Positions 57,191 through 64,000 of a DNA stretch of 64,000 nucleotides are shown piece after piece; the first letter of the stretch is position 1; each line of letters opens with the position of its first letter. Position numbers and translations under genes: made by a program. The notes beneath the pieces were generated by a model. That model searched no databases, had not been told where the DNA came from, and saw only the letters and a program-made list of their open reading frames with translations. This DNA is from Pirellulales bacterium (GTDB lineage: Bacteria; Planctomycetota; Planctomycetia; Pirellulales; JAICIG01), in the NCBI GenBank assembly GCA_035547915.1, contig DASZTS010000072.1:72023-136022 (forward strand), read 5' to 3'.

Positions 57191-57777
57191 TGCCGTCCCT
57201 TCTCGAGCCTGTTGAAATACTCGTCCAATCCCGCTCGGAATTCTTCGGGCAGCGTGCGATCGGCCACGCCGGAAGCTTGCGGTACGTCACGCTCGTCGGG
57301 CCGCGCCTTGTCGTTGGCACCGCTGCCCAGGAGGGCCAGCGCAGGTTGCTCGGGTTCGTCGTTTGCGCTTCCCCCGCCCGGCGTGCTTCCGCCACCGCCA
57401 CCGCCCGACTTGGGATTGCACCGCTTGGCCTGCAACAACAACTCGATTATCTCCGATTCGGCAGCGATGGCGGGTGGCCCCGTGTCGGGCTGCTGGAGAA
57501 TGGCCACGACTTCGCCCATGATACGGCTCACCGTGGTCAGCAGCCGCGTCTCATAGGCAAAATTGCTGGCCGCGTCGGGCAACTCACCGACGCGCTGCAC
57601 CGTCGCATCGACGCGCTTGCGGAGCTCTTCCTGCGTCGTGGCCAGTTTCGCGGCGTCGGCCGCGTACTTTTCGGCGGCCAGCGCCGGTCGCGACTGCTCG
57701 GCCACACGCGTCTCTTCACGCAGGGCAATCTCGGCTTCCAGGATCTGCATCACTTCCAACACGACCGATGGCGGCAA
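57187..57777 (-). CDS. C-terminal portion of the second DUF4175-like protein (in frame with 57802..60483 across a UGA)
   Basis: The track ORF begins with TTG. It ends with LPEEFRAGLDEYFNRLEKGRQ, the same type of C-terminal motif as the 35511..39062 protein (PIPPQYQELVDRYYRVLA). No SD is seen before the TTG. Confidence 0.6.
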   Translation of the reverse strand: MPPSVVLEVMQILEAEIALREETRVAEQSRPALAAEKYAADAAKLATTQEELRKRVDATVQRVGELPDAASNFAYETRLLTTVSRIMGEVVAILQQPDTGPPAIAAESEIIELLLQAKRCNPKSGGGGGGSTPGGGSANDEPEQPALALLGSGANDKARPDERDVPQASGVADRTLPEEFRAGLDEYFNRLEKGRQ

Positions 57778-57804
57778 ACTGCCGGCTGATTTGCCGCCCG
57801 GTCA
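57770..57804 (-). other. In-frame UGA followed 3 nt later by a perfect 9-bp hairpin (recoding candidate or nonsense lesion)
   Basis: The minus strand reads ..GGU ACG UGA CCG GGC GGC AAA UCA GCC GGC AGU UUG CCG CCA... The stem is GGCGGCAAA / UUUGCCGCC with an 11-nt loop UCAGCCGGCAG. The downstream ORF is in the same frame, 8 codons later. Confidence 0.5.
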
Positions 57805-60483
57805 CGTACCGCCCGACGCGGGATCGACCAGATCTTCGGCCCAGCGGTCGAGCGTGTCGGACCAGAACTCGCACTGGGCGATCGAGAGGCCCGTTTCGCG
57901 CGGCAGGTCGTCGCTGACCTGTCGCAGCCGGCCCACGACTTCGACTTTTTGCATCTCGTCGAGCACGTTCTTGAACACCGTCATCCGGCGGCGCTCGTAG
58001 TAGGCCTTCATGTCGTCGACGATGGTGCCGACGTTTTCTGCCAGTTTCGCCTGACTCTCGGAAAGTTTCGGCAACAGCTCGCGGGTCTCGCCCGAGGCGC
58101 GGTGCGCCGGCAGGCCGAAGTCGCCTGTGACCTGCTCGGTCAGGTCCTTGGCCATGTGCAGCTCTCTTCGGGACGCCGCCTTGAGCCGCTTGAGGAACGT
58201 GCTCCCTTCGAGATTGGCCAGCACGCGATTCAACTCGTCGGCCACCTTGGCGAACTCGGCGAGCAGGTCTTCCTGCTCTTTGACCGCTTCGTCGACTTTG
58301 TCGGAGACCGGGCACGAGCCGCCCCTCGACTTACCGCCGGCCAGAGTCGTCACGGGTAAGGAGAGTCGCGGCGAACCACCGCTCGGCGGCGGCGAGTCGT
58401 CCGGGTTTTCATCGTTTTTGTCCTTGGGCTGCTGCGAGCTTTCCACGTCGGCGATCGACGGTACCGGCGGCTTGGGAGGCTGGCCCTTCTGCGGGTCGCC
58501 GCCCGGCTTGCTCGACGCATTGCGAACCTGGCCGACTTGCGGCCGAGGCACCTGATCCCCCGGCGACGGTTCACCCGGTGTCTTCGCCTCTGACTTAGGC
58601 GCCGACGAAGCGTCGGCCAATAGGTTAGCAACCGAGGGCATGCGGGCCGCCGAGATGTCTTTGAGGATCTGGAGCATGGCGGCCCATTTCTCCAGGTGCC
58701 CGACGCCGAATTCGGGATTGCGGGCCGCCTCGGTCACCAGCGACTCGCCATCGGAGACGAGCCGCGACAACCGGCCGCCGTTGGCCCGCTCGGCCGACGC
58801 CTGGTGCTCGATACGCTTGCGTGTCTCGGGCCGGTCAAGCTCGTCGGCCGGCAGCTCGCGCAGCTCCTTGTTCGCCTCATAGAGCTGCAACTCGCGATCG
58901 CGCACTTCGAGCGAACGGTGGTGCCAACGGTCGAGTTGCTCGGCTAGCCAGGCGGCGTGTTCGTCGGCATTGAGCACGACGAGCAGATGCGGCGGAGAAT
59001 AGACCCGCCCGCGGCCCGGCAGATAGTCTTCCACATAGACGCGCAGTTCGATCGCTTGCGGCTCGATGCCCAGCGATTTGGCGCAGAATACGCCGGCCGC
59101 TTCGAACAGCTCGCGATCGCAGCCGCCGGCCGCCAGCATGCGATCTCCTTCGGCGGGAGTCCGCCCCGGTCGATCTTCATCGGGTAGGCCACGCCATTCG
59201 ATCCCGACTCGCTGCACGCCAAAATCGTCTTGCGCCATGACCACGAAACTTAGCTGCTCGCTTTCGAGCACCACCTTCTGCCGCGGCAAATTTTGGCAGG
59301 CGACGGTGGGCGGATCGTCCTCGCGCGCTTCGATCGACAACACGAACGGCGCCAACCCCGCCAAGCCGTCGCCATCCTGCCAGCCCAACTCGAGCTCCTG
59401 CGATTCGGCGATCTCCAGCGCAGGCACGGCCAAGGTCGCTCCCTGCGGCGATACACGCTTGCCATTTACGGTGCTTTTGACCAGCTCCCGGTTGGCCGTC
59501 GCCGTCACACCCACCGTGCTGCCGGTCACTACCGACAGGGCGCCGCCGCGAACGTCTTTCTTGGTTTCGCCGGGCCGACCCAGATAGGCGGGCAACGTCA
59601 CCTGCGCCTCGACGAGTGTCAGCTCGGGGCGCAACGTCGGTTCGACGCGCACACGGTGCGCGGCGTCGCCCACGCGCAGCGTGAGCCAACCGGCCGCGAT
59701 CTGCGGCGGCACCTCGAACTCGTAGCCGTTCTCGGCCAGAGCTGCCGTCATCGAATCCTGCTCGCCATAGCGGATGCTTGCTTCCGCGGGCCGCCAACGC
59801 GACGTTTCGGCGAGTTCGACGCGGAACACGAACGGCTCGCCGTGTGGCACGACCAACCGCTCGGGCAGCGGCTCGACGGCGGCGAACGTGTAGCGCGGCG
59901 TGGCGCGCCAGGGAGCGAGCAACCGCAGCCAGGCGTTGCCCGCGGCAGCGGGCGCCACCACGGCCAACACCAGCGCGGCCGTCGCCGGCACCGCCAAGGC
60001 CCAAGCCCATTGGCGATGCCGCGGTTTCGGTACAGCATTGCTAAAATCGTGGCGAGACGCCTGCTGCGCGACCTGCGTGATGGCCGCCTCGCACAAGGCA
60101 CGAGAACGGACCTGTTCTGCCGCGTTGTCGACCAGTTCGATGATGCCCAGCAACTGATCGCCGACGTCGGGGTATTTGCGAGTCAACAAGCGGGCCAGTT
60201 GCGGGAGCTGTCGTCGCCGCCAGATCCAGCGATAGGCATAGAGCGGCACGATGCCTGCCACGAACAGCGCCGCCAGCAATACGGTCAGTCGGACGGCCGC
60301 CGGCGTATCGGCCAACCGGTCAAGTGTAAAGACAGCCAGCCAGGCGGCGAGCAAGCCGAACGCCGCCACGGCCAACGCCTCGGCCGTCTTGATCGACCAG
60401 ACCCGGCGGCGAAAGGCGAGCAATTGCAGCCGCAGACTGTCGGGCAGTTGGGGACCGTTTTGCACGACGTGAGTGATAGACAT
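57802..60483 (-). CDS. Second DUF4175-like large membrane protein, N-terminal 893 codons up to an in-frame UGA
   Basis: The ATG at 60483 gives MSITHVVQNG..WSIKTAEALAVAAFGLLAAWLAVFTL..LTVLLAALFVAGIVPLYAY (2 TM). A beta-rich middle, a Pro/Lys/Ser disordered region and helical segments follow. The overall layout matches 35511..39062. Confidence 0.75.
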   Translation of the reverse strand: MSITHVVQNGPQLPDSLRLQLLAFRRRVWSIKTAEALAVAAFGLLAAWLAVFTLDRLADTPAAVRLTVLLAALFVAGIVPLYAYRWIWRRRQLPQLARLLTRKYPDVGDQLLGIIELVDNAAEQVRSRALCEAAITQVAQQASRHDFSNAVPKPRHRQWAWALAVPATAALVLAVVAPAAAGNAWLRLLAPWRATPRYTFAAVEPLPERLVVPHGEPFVFRVELAETSRWRPAEASIRYGEQDSMTAALAENGYEFEVPPQIAAGWLTLRVGDAAHRVRVEPTLRPELTLVEAQVTLPAYLGRPGETKKDVRGGALSVVTGSTVGVTATANRELVKSTVNGKRVSPQGATLAVPALEIAESQELELGWQDGDGLAGLAPFVLSIEAREDDPPTVACQNLPRQKVVLESEQLSFVVMAQDDFGVQRVGIEWRGLPDEDRPGRTPAEGDRMLAAGGCDRELFEAAGVFCAKSLGIEPQAIELRVYVEDYLPGRGRVYSPPHLLVVLNADEHAAWLAEQLDRWHHRSLEVRDRELQLYEANKELRELPADELDRPETRKRIEHQASAERANGGRLSRLVSDGESLVTEAARNPEFGVGHLEKWAAMLQILKDISAARMPSVANLLADASSAPKSEAKTPGEPSPGDQVPRPQVGQVRNASSKPGGDPQKGQPPKPPVPSIADVESSQQPKDKNDENPDDSPPPSGGSPRLSLPVTTLAGGKSRGGSCPVSDKVDEAVKEQEDLLAEFAKVADELNRVLANLEGSTFLKRLKAASRRELHMAKDLTEQVTGDFGLPAHRASGETRELLPKLSESQAKLAENVGTIVDDMKAYYERRRMTVFKNVLDEMQKVEVVGRLRQVSDDLPRETGLSIAQCEFWSDTLDRWAEDLVDPASGGT

Positions 60484-60554
60484 ATAGATATGGACGGATA
60501 GGGAGATGTGAAGTTACACAACTTCCAACACTTACCTCGCCACTCATCGACCCG

Positions 60555-62753
60555 TTACACCAGTCCCGCCACCTTTCGAAATATCCAAAACAGACTCATC
60601 AACCCGACGACCATCGAAGCCAGCACGGGACTGCTCCACAGTTGTAGACGACGTGATTCGACGGGCGGTTCCTCTTGCGCGGCGAGCGAGCGAATCGCGC
60701 CGTTGAGGTCGCCGGGCTGAACCATCTTGCCGCCGGTGACGCGAGCGATCTCTTCGAGCACTTCCGGGCGGGCTGGATGGCCGACGCGTTCCACGGCCGC
60801 GCCTTGGACGAAGAACGTACTGTCGAGCGCGGCGCCGGAGCGTTTGGCGCCGAGCGAAATCTGATGTTGGCCCGCTTCGACCGGCGTGAACTGGGCCGAA
60901 AAAAGGCCCCACTCGTCGCCTTCATGCGCGAAGCGCACCGAGTCGACCTTGCCGGAAGGCGACGTGATCTTGGCCGTCACATCGTCGTCTTCGACCGGCT
61001 CGCCGCTGGCCGTCATAACGTTGGCGTGCAACGTGAGCACGTTGCGCACGCCGGGCTGGTCTGGCTGAAAGTAGAGCCGCACGGTCTTACCCTTCGCCAT
61101 GTTCCGCTGATACGCCATCCAGCGTACCACTTGTCCCCAAAAGCGGTAGTGGTATTTATCCTCGACACCTTTCCGCCACCGCCAGGCACCGTCGGTGCCC
61201 ATGAACAACACCTTGCCGGTGCCGTAGGTGCGCGTGACCAGCAGCGGTATGCGTCCAAATTCGTTCGTGGCTGATTTGTGGACGCACAGCACTTCCGTCG
61301 CCGCCTTGGCCCGTGTGACGGCCGCATACCACTGAAAGCCGGGCAAGTCTTCCCAGATTGCCGAGTTTTCGTCTTGGGTGTCAGCCAGTTTCGTCAGCAG
61401 ACTGCGACGTCCCGCCTCGGTCAGCTCGAAGTGGTCGGCCGTCTGCGAGCCCCATCCGTTCGGTTGCACCAGATCGAGCACCACCGGATACAAGTCGCTC
61501 AACTCGGTCTCGAGCAGCGTGACCTGCCTTCCCTGCCAGCCGGGCATGAATACCAACCCGCTGGCCTGCTGGCCCACCAGCCCCTTGAGGAGCCGGCACT
61601 GTTCGGCCGTGAGTTGGCCATCCGTCGTGCCCACGTCGCCCAAGAACACGACATCGTAGGCGGCCAACTCTTCCAACCGATCGGGAAACTGCGCGATATA
61701 GTCCTTGTTACCGCCACCGACCTTGCTCAGGCCCGGATGGAACAACAAGCACGACAACTCGATGCCCGGATCGCGCGACAAGGCGTTGCGGAGGTAGCGA
61801 TATTCCCAGCGCGGATACGATTCGACGACGAGCACCCGCAACCGTTCATCGCGCACGGCGATCGGGGCCGACAGGGCGTTGTTGTCTTGCAAGACTTCAT
61901 CGCGATGCGCGGGCACTTCCAGCGACAACCGATAGTCGCCCGCCAGAGCCGGCTTCCAGTTTATCCAGTCGTTTGTGCGCCCCATCGCCGCGATGCGGAC
62001 CTCCTTGGTCAGTTTCTCGCCCGACGAGGTTTCGAGCTTGACGATGGCCACGTGGTCGCGTGGCAACCAGCTATCGATCGAAAAGGCGATGCGCACCGAT
62101 TTACCGACCACGCCGAAAGTCGGCAAATCGAGGCCCACTAGTTCCACGTCGGGCAGGCGCGCCGGGCTCCCCATCGCCACGACCTGCACGGGAATATTCT
62201 TCAGGCGCAACCGGCCGGCGGCTTCGACCGGTGGGTGGCCTTCGTTCCAATCTCCGTCACTCACTAACACGATGCCGCGCAGAGTCGAGTGGTTCTCCAA
62301 GGCCGCGACGAGTGCGGCATTGAGATCGGTGCCGTGCCCGGCGCGCGGCTCGGCGAATGATTGCTCGACGATCTCCCACTTCTGCGCGGCCGAGGGCCTG
62401 GGCAGCGCGGCGATGATCGCCGCGGCCGATTCGGCGCGCGTGCGCGGCGGTGTGCCCGGCCGGCGTCGATCGAGATCGTCGCGCGTTTGCATGCTCTGCG
62501 AGGCATCGCGGAGCACGAGCACCACCGGCTTGCGATCGGGCCGGAACTGTTCGACCCACTCCGGCTGGTTCAACAGCGCGGCGATGATGATCACGATCGC
62601 CAGCCGCACCAACTCGAGCACGCCGATCGAACGGCGGTAGCCACTGCGCCGCCAGGCGACATAGCCCAGTGCGCTCGTGGCGATCACGACCAATACCGAG
62701 AGGACCAGCGACCAGCCCGTCGGAAACACCGTCAGAAAGCGGTGGTCGGTCAT
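60555..62753 (-). CDS. Membrane vWA-like / class-I-amidotransferase-like (Bat-type) protein, second copy
   Basis: ORF 60555..62774 starts with TTG; the ATG at 62753 gives MTDHRFLTVFPTGWSLVLSVLVVIATSALGYVAW. It contains VVLVLRDASQSMQ (DxSxS), GIVLVSDGDWNEG, LRVLVVESYPRWEYRYLRNAL..YDVVFLGDVG and a C-terminal TM. Confidence 0.8.
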   Translation of the reverse strand: MTDHRFLTVFPTGWSLVLSVLVVIATSALGYVAWRRSGYRRSIGVLELVRLAIVIIIAALLNQPEWVEQFRPDRKPVVLVLRDASQSMQTRDDLDRRRPGTPPRTRAESAAAIIAALPRPSAAQKWEIVEQSFAEPRAGHGTDLNAALVAALENHSTLRGIVLVSDGDWNEGHPPVEAAGRLRLKNIPVQVVAMGSPARLPDVELVGLDLPTFGVVGKSVRIAFSIDSWLPRDHVAIVKLETSSGEKLTKEVRIAAMGRTNDWINWKPALAGDYRLSLEVPAHRDEVLQDNNALSAPIAVRDERLRVLVVESYPRWEYRYLRNALSRDPGIELSCLLFHPGLSKVGGGNKDYIAQFPDRLEELAAYDVVFLGDVGTTDGQLTAEQCRLLKGLVGQQASGLVFMPGWQGRQVTLLETELSDLYPVVLDLVQPNGWGSQTADHFELTEAGRRSLLTKLADTQDENSAIWEDLPGFQWYAAVTRAKAATEVLCVHKSATNEFGRIPLLVTRTYGTGKVLFMGTDGAWRWRKGVEDKYHYRFWGQVVRWMAYQRNMAKGKTVRLYFQPDQPGVRNVLTLHANVMTASGEPVEDDDVTAKITSPSGKVDSVRFAHEGDEWGLFSAQFTPVEAGQHQISLGAKRSGAALDSTFFVQGAAVERVGHPARPEVLEEIARVTGGKMVQPGDLNGAIRSLAAQEEPPVESRRLQLWSSPVLASMVVGLMSLFWIFRKVAGLV

Positions 62754-62788
62754 GGTTGCTGTTACCTGTCGCAAAAGCCCTTACATTC

Positions 62789-62820
62789 CTCTCCCTCAGG
62801 CTGCACTTTCTGGGAGAGGT
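62789..62820 (-). promoter_or_regulatory. Intercistronic hairpin between BatA-like-2 and vWA-like-2
   Basis: CCTCTCCC(t)CAG-gctgcacttt-CTGGGAGAGG gives about 11 bp with one bulge. It is centred in the 125-nt gap between the 62880 stop and the 62753 start. Its role (attenuator, processing site or nothing) is unknown. Confidence 0.2.
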
Positions 62821-62879
62821 TAGGTGAAGGCGGAACGAATCATCGCAATCCCACTCCCCACCGATTCCCTATATCGCTC

Positions 62880-64000
62880 CTACCGTCCGAATGCAAACCC
62901 GCGGCTCCGCTCCCGTGCATTCTCGGCCGCGGGGCGCGGCAGACAGAGAACGGCTTCGGCGAGCAGTACGATCAGCATCGCGATCAAGCACGGCCGCCAC
63001 AGCTCTTCGACGAGCGAGCGATCGCGCGAGGCGACCTGATCGATGCGCGTGAAATCGAGACCTTCGAACAACTGGGAGACCTTCTCGTCCACGAGCATGC
63101 CGGCGGTGTCTTCTTCCTCCGGGCGGTTCACGGCCAGTAGCAAGTCGCCGTCCAGATAGGCCCCGGCCTGGAGCGCGTATTCGCTCGACAGGGCCGAGTC
63201 GCTACCGGCCAGTTTCTGCCACTTGGCCGCTCGTTCTTCACGGCCGTCGGCCGTGAAACCTGCGGCCACGAGCTGTCGTGCGTGACCCAATGCCGCGGAG
63301 CCGGCGGCGAGCGCACGTTGGATGGCCACATACAACACCACGCCCTCGTTCCCCAGATTCGAGTCTTGCGGCGCCGGCGTCGTAGCCCAGAAATAAACGC
63401 CGCCGTGGGCCATCTCGGCCCGCGCAACGATCGGATCGCCTCCCTTCAACGTGGCCAGCGGCGTCGCCTCGCCGACCAAGGAGCAGATGTTCTTGAGGTC
63501 GAGCTTGCCGACCGGCAGCGGCATGCCGCTTTGTGTGTCGGCCAGCAGACCCTCGTCTCCGCGCCAACGATCGATCACCGCGCCGTCCGGCACCGGCGAC
63601 CACGACTTCCACCGCAAGCCGAAGGCCGGCTCGTCGCTGATCTGCCGCGGCGGAAAAAAGATCACTTCGCCGCCGCGATCAACAAGCTCTGTTAGTTGTC
63701 GCGCCACCTGCCCTTCCGGCAGCGGCGCCTGCCAGAGCACGAGCGCCGCCTTGGCCCACTCCACGTCACCCGACTGCTGTAGCGAAACGACATCGGCTGT
63801 GCGCGGCTCGTTGGGATCGGGGCCGATCGACGCCATGAGTTGCAGAGGCTCGGCCACTTCGCGTTCGTCCGACACCACTACCGTGTGTGGCGACTGCGAG
63901 GCGTCGAAGGTGAAATAGAACTCGTTGTCGGCCAGGTTCGCATCGGCGGGAATCGACACGCGGCCCCAGCCGCGTAGGTGCCGGCCATCGAGCCCGATGC
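62880..64000 (-). CDS. BatA-type vWA-like membrane protein, second copy, C-terminal part (5' end outside the window)
   Basis: The track starts at the GTG at 63959, but the frame stays open to 64000 (..IGLDGRHLRGWGRVSIPADANLADNEFYF). It parallels 39144..41204 (DDLPLDNDRH region, GGEVIFFPP vs GGGLVVFCG) and has a C-terminal TM (LIAMLIVLLAEAVLCL). Confidence 0.7.
   Translation of the reverse strand, partial: IGLDGRHLRGWGRVSIPADANLADNEFYFTFDASQSPHTVVVSDEREVAEPLQLMASIGPDPNEPRTADVVSLQQSGDVEWAKAALVLWQAPLPEGQVARQLTELVDRGGEVIFFPPRQISDEPAFGLRWKSWSPVPDGAVIDRWRGDEGLLADTQSGMPLPVGKLDLKNICSLVGEATPLATLKGGDPIVARAEMAHGGVYFWATTPAPQDSNLGNEGVVLYVAIQRALAAGSAALGHARQLVAAGFTADGREERAAKWQKLAGSDSALSSEYALQAGAYLDGDLLLAVNRPEEEDTAGMLVDEKVSQLFEGLDFTRIDQVASRDRSLVEELWRPCLIAMLIVLLAEAVLCLPRPAAENARERSRGFAFGR

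Noticed and set aside
61884-61895. Perfect 12-nt palindrome GTCTTGCAAGAC
   Set aside because: It lies inside the coding sequence of the vWA-like gene, occurs only once, and has no associated promoter context. It is likely chance.

Overview
High-GC window that looks planctomycete (Pirellulales-like). That is an inference from gene content: a DUF1549/DUF1553 + DUF1501 pair, a PVC-type CxxCH heme protein, and an ETLEDRYLL N-terminal motif. I found no rRNA, tRNA, CRISPR array or transposase/integrase.

Positions 1-23.7 kb hold mixed-strand housekeeping genes: gltB (5' part, hand-translated, absent from the ORF track) behind a LysR regulator, lysC, pckA, phoH plus a 7TM-HD hydrolase, xylA, and a fused amino-acid ABC binding protein/permease. 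The same stretch also carries two odd secreted proteins, a Gly/His/Tyr low-complexity-TPR protein and a roughly 1140-aa multidomain protein.

From 23.7 kb to the window end, about 26 consecutive genes all lie on the minus strand. They include two Bat-like modules (MoxR, DUF58, BatA-type, vWA/amidotransferase-like and DUF4175-like membrane proteins; the second module is cut by the window edge), an ECF sigma/anti-sigma pair, an EF-hand repeat protein and a TlpA-like redoxin fusion.

Main candidate for something new: five paralogs of a secreted ~285-325 aa protein family I cannot name are threaded through this array. One sits between MoxR and DUF58 with an ATGA overlap and a 4-nt gap.

Other leads:
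- a promoter-plus-inverted-repeat motif present three times;
- a ~95-bp intergenic repeat present three times;
- an in-frame UGA followed by a perfect 9-bp hairpin that splits the second DUF4175-like gene.

All functional calls rest on motifs I recognise by eye; no database search was run. Many long ORFs in the track are antisense shadows of real genes, which is typical at high GC, and I rejected them.
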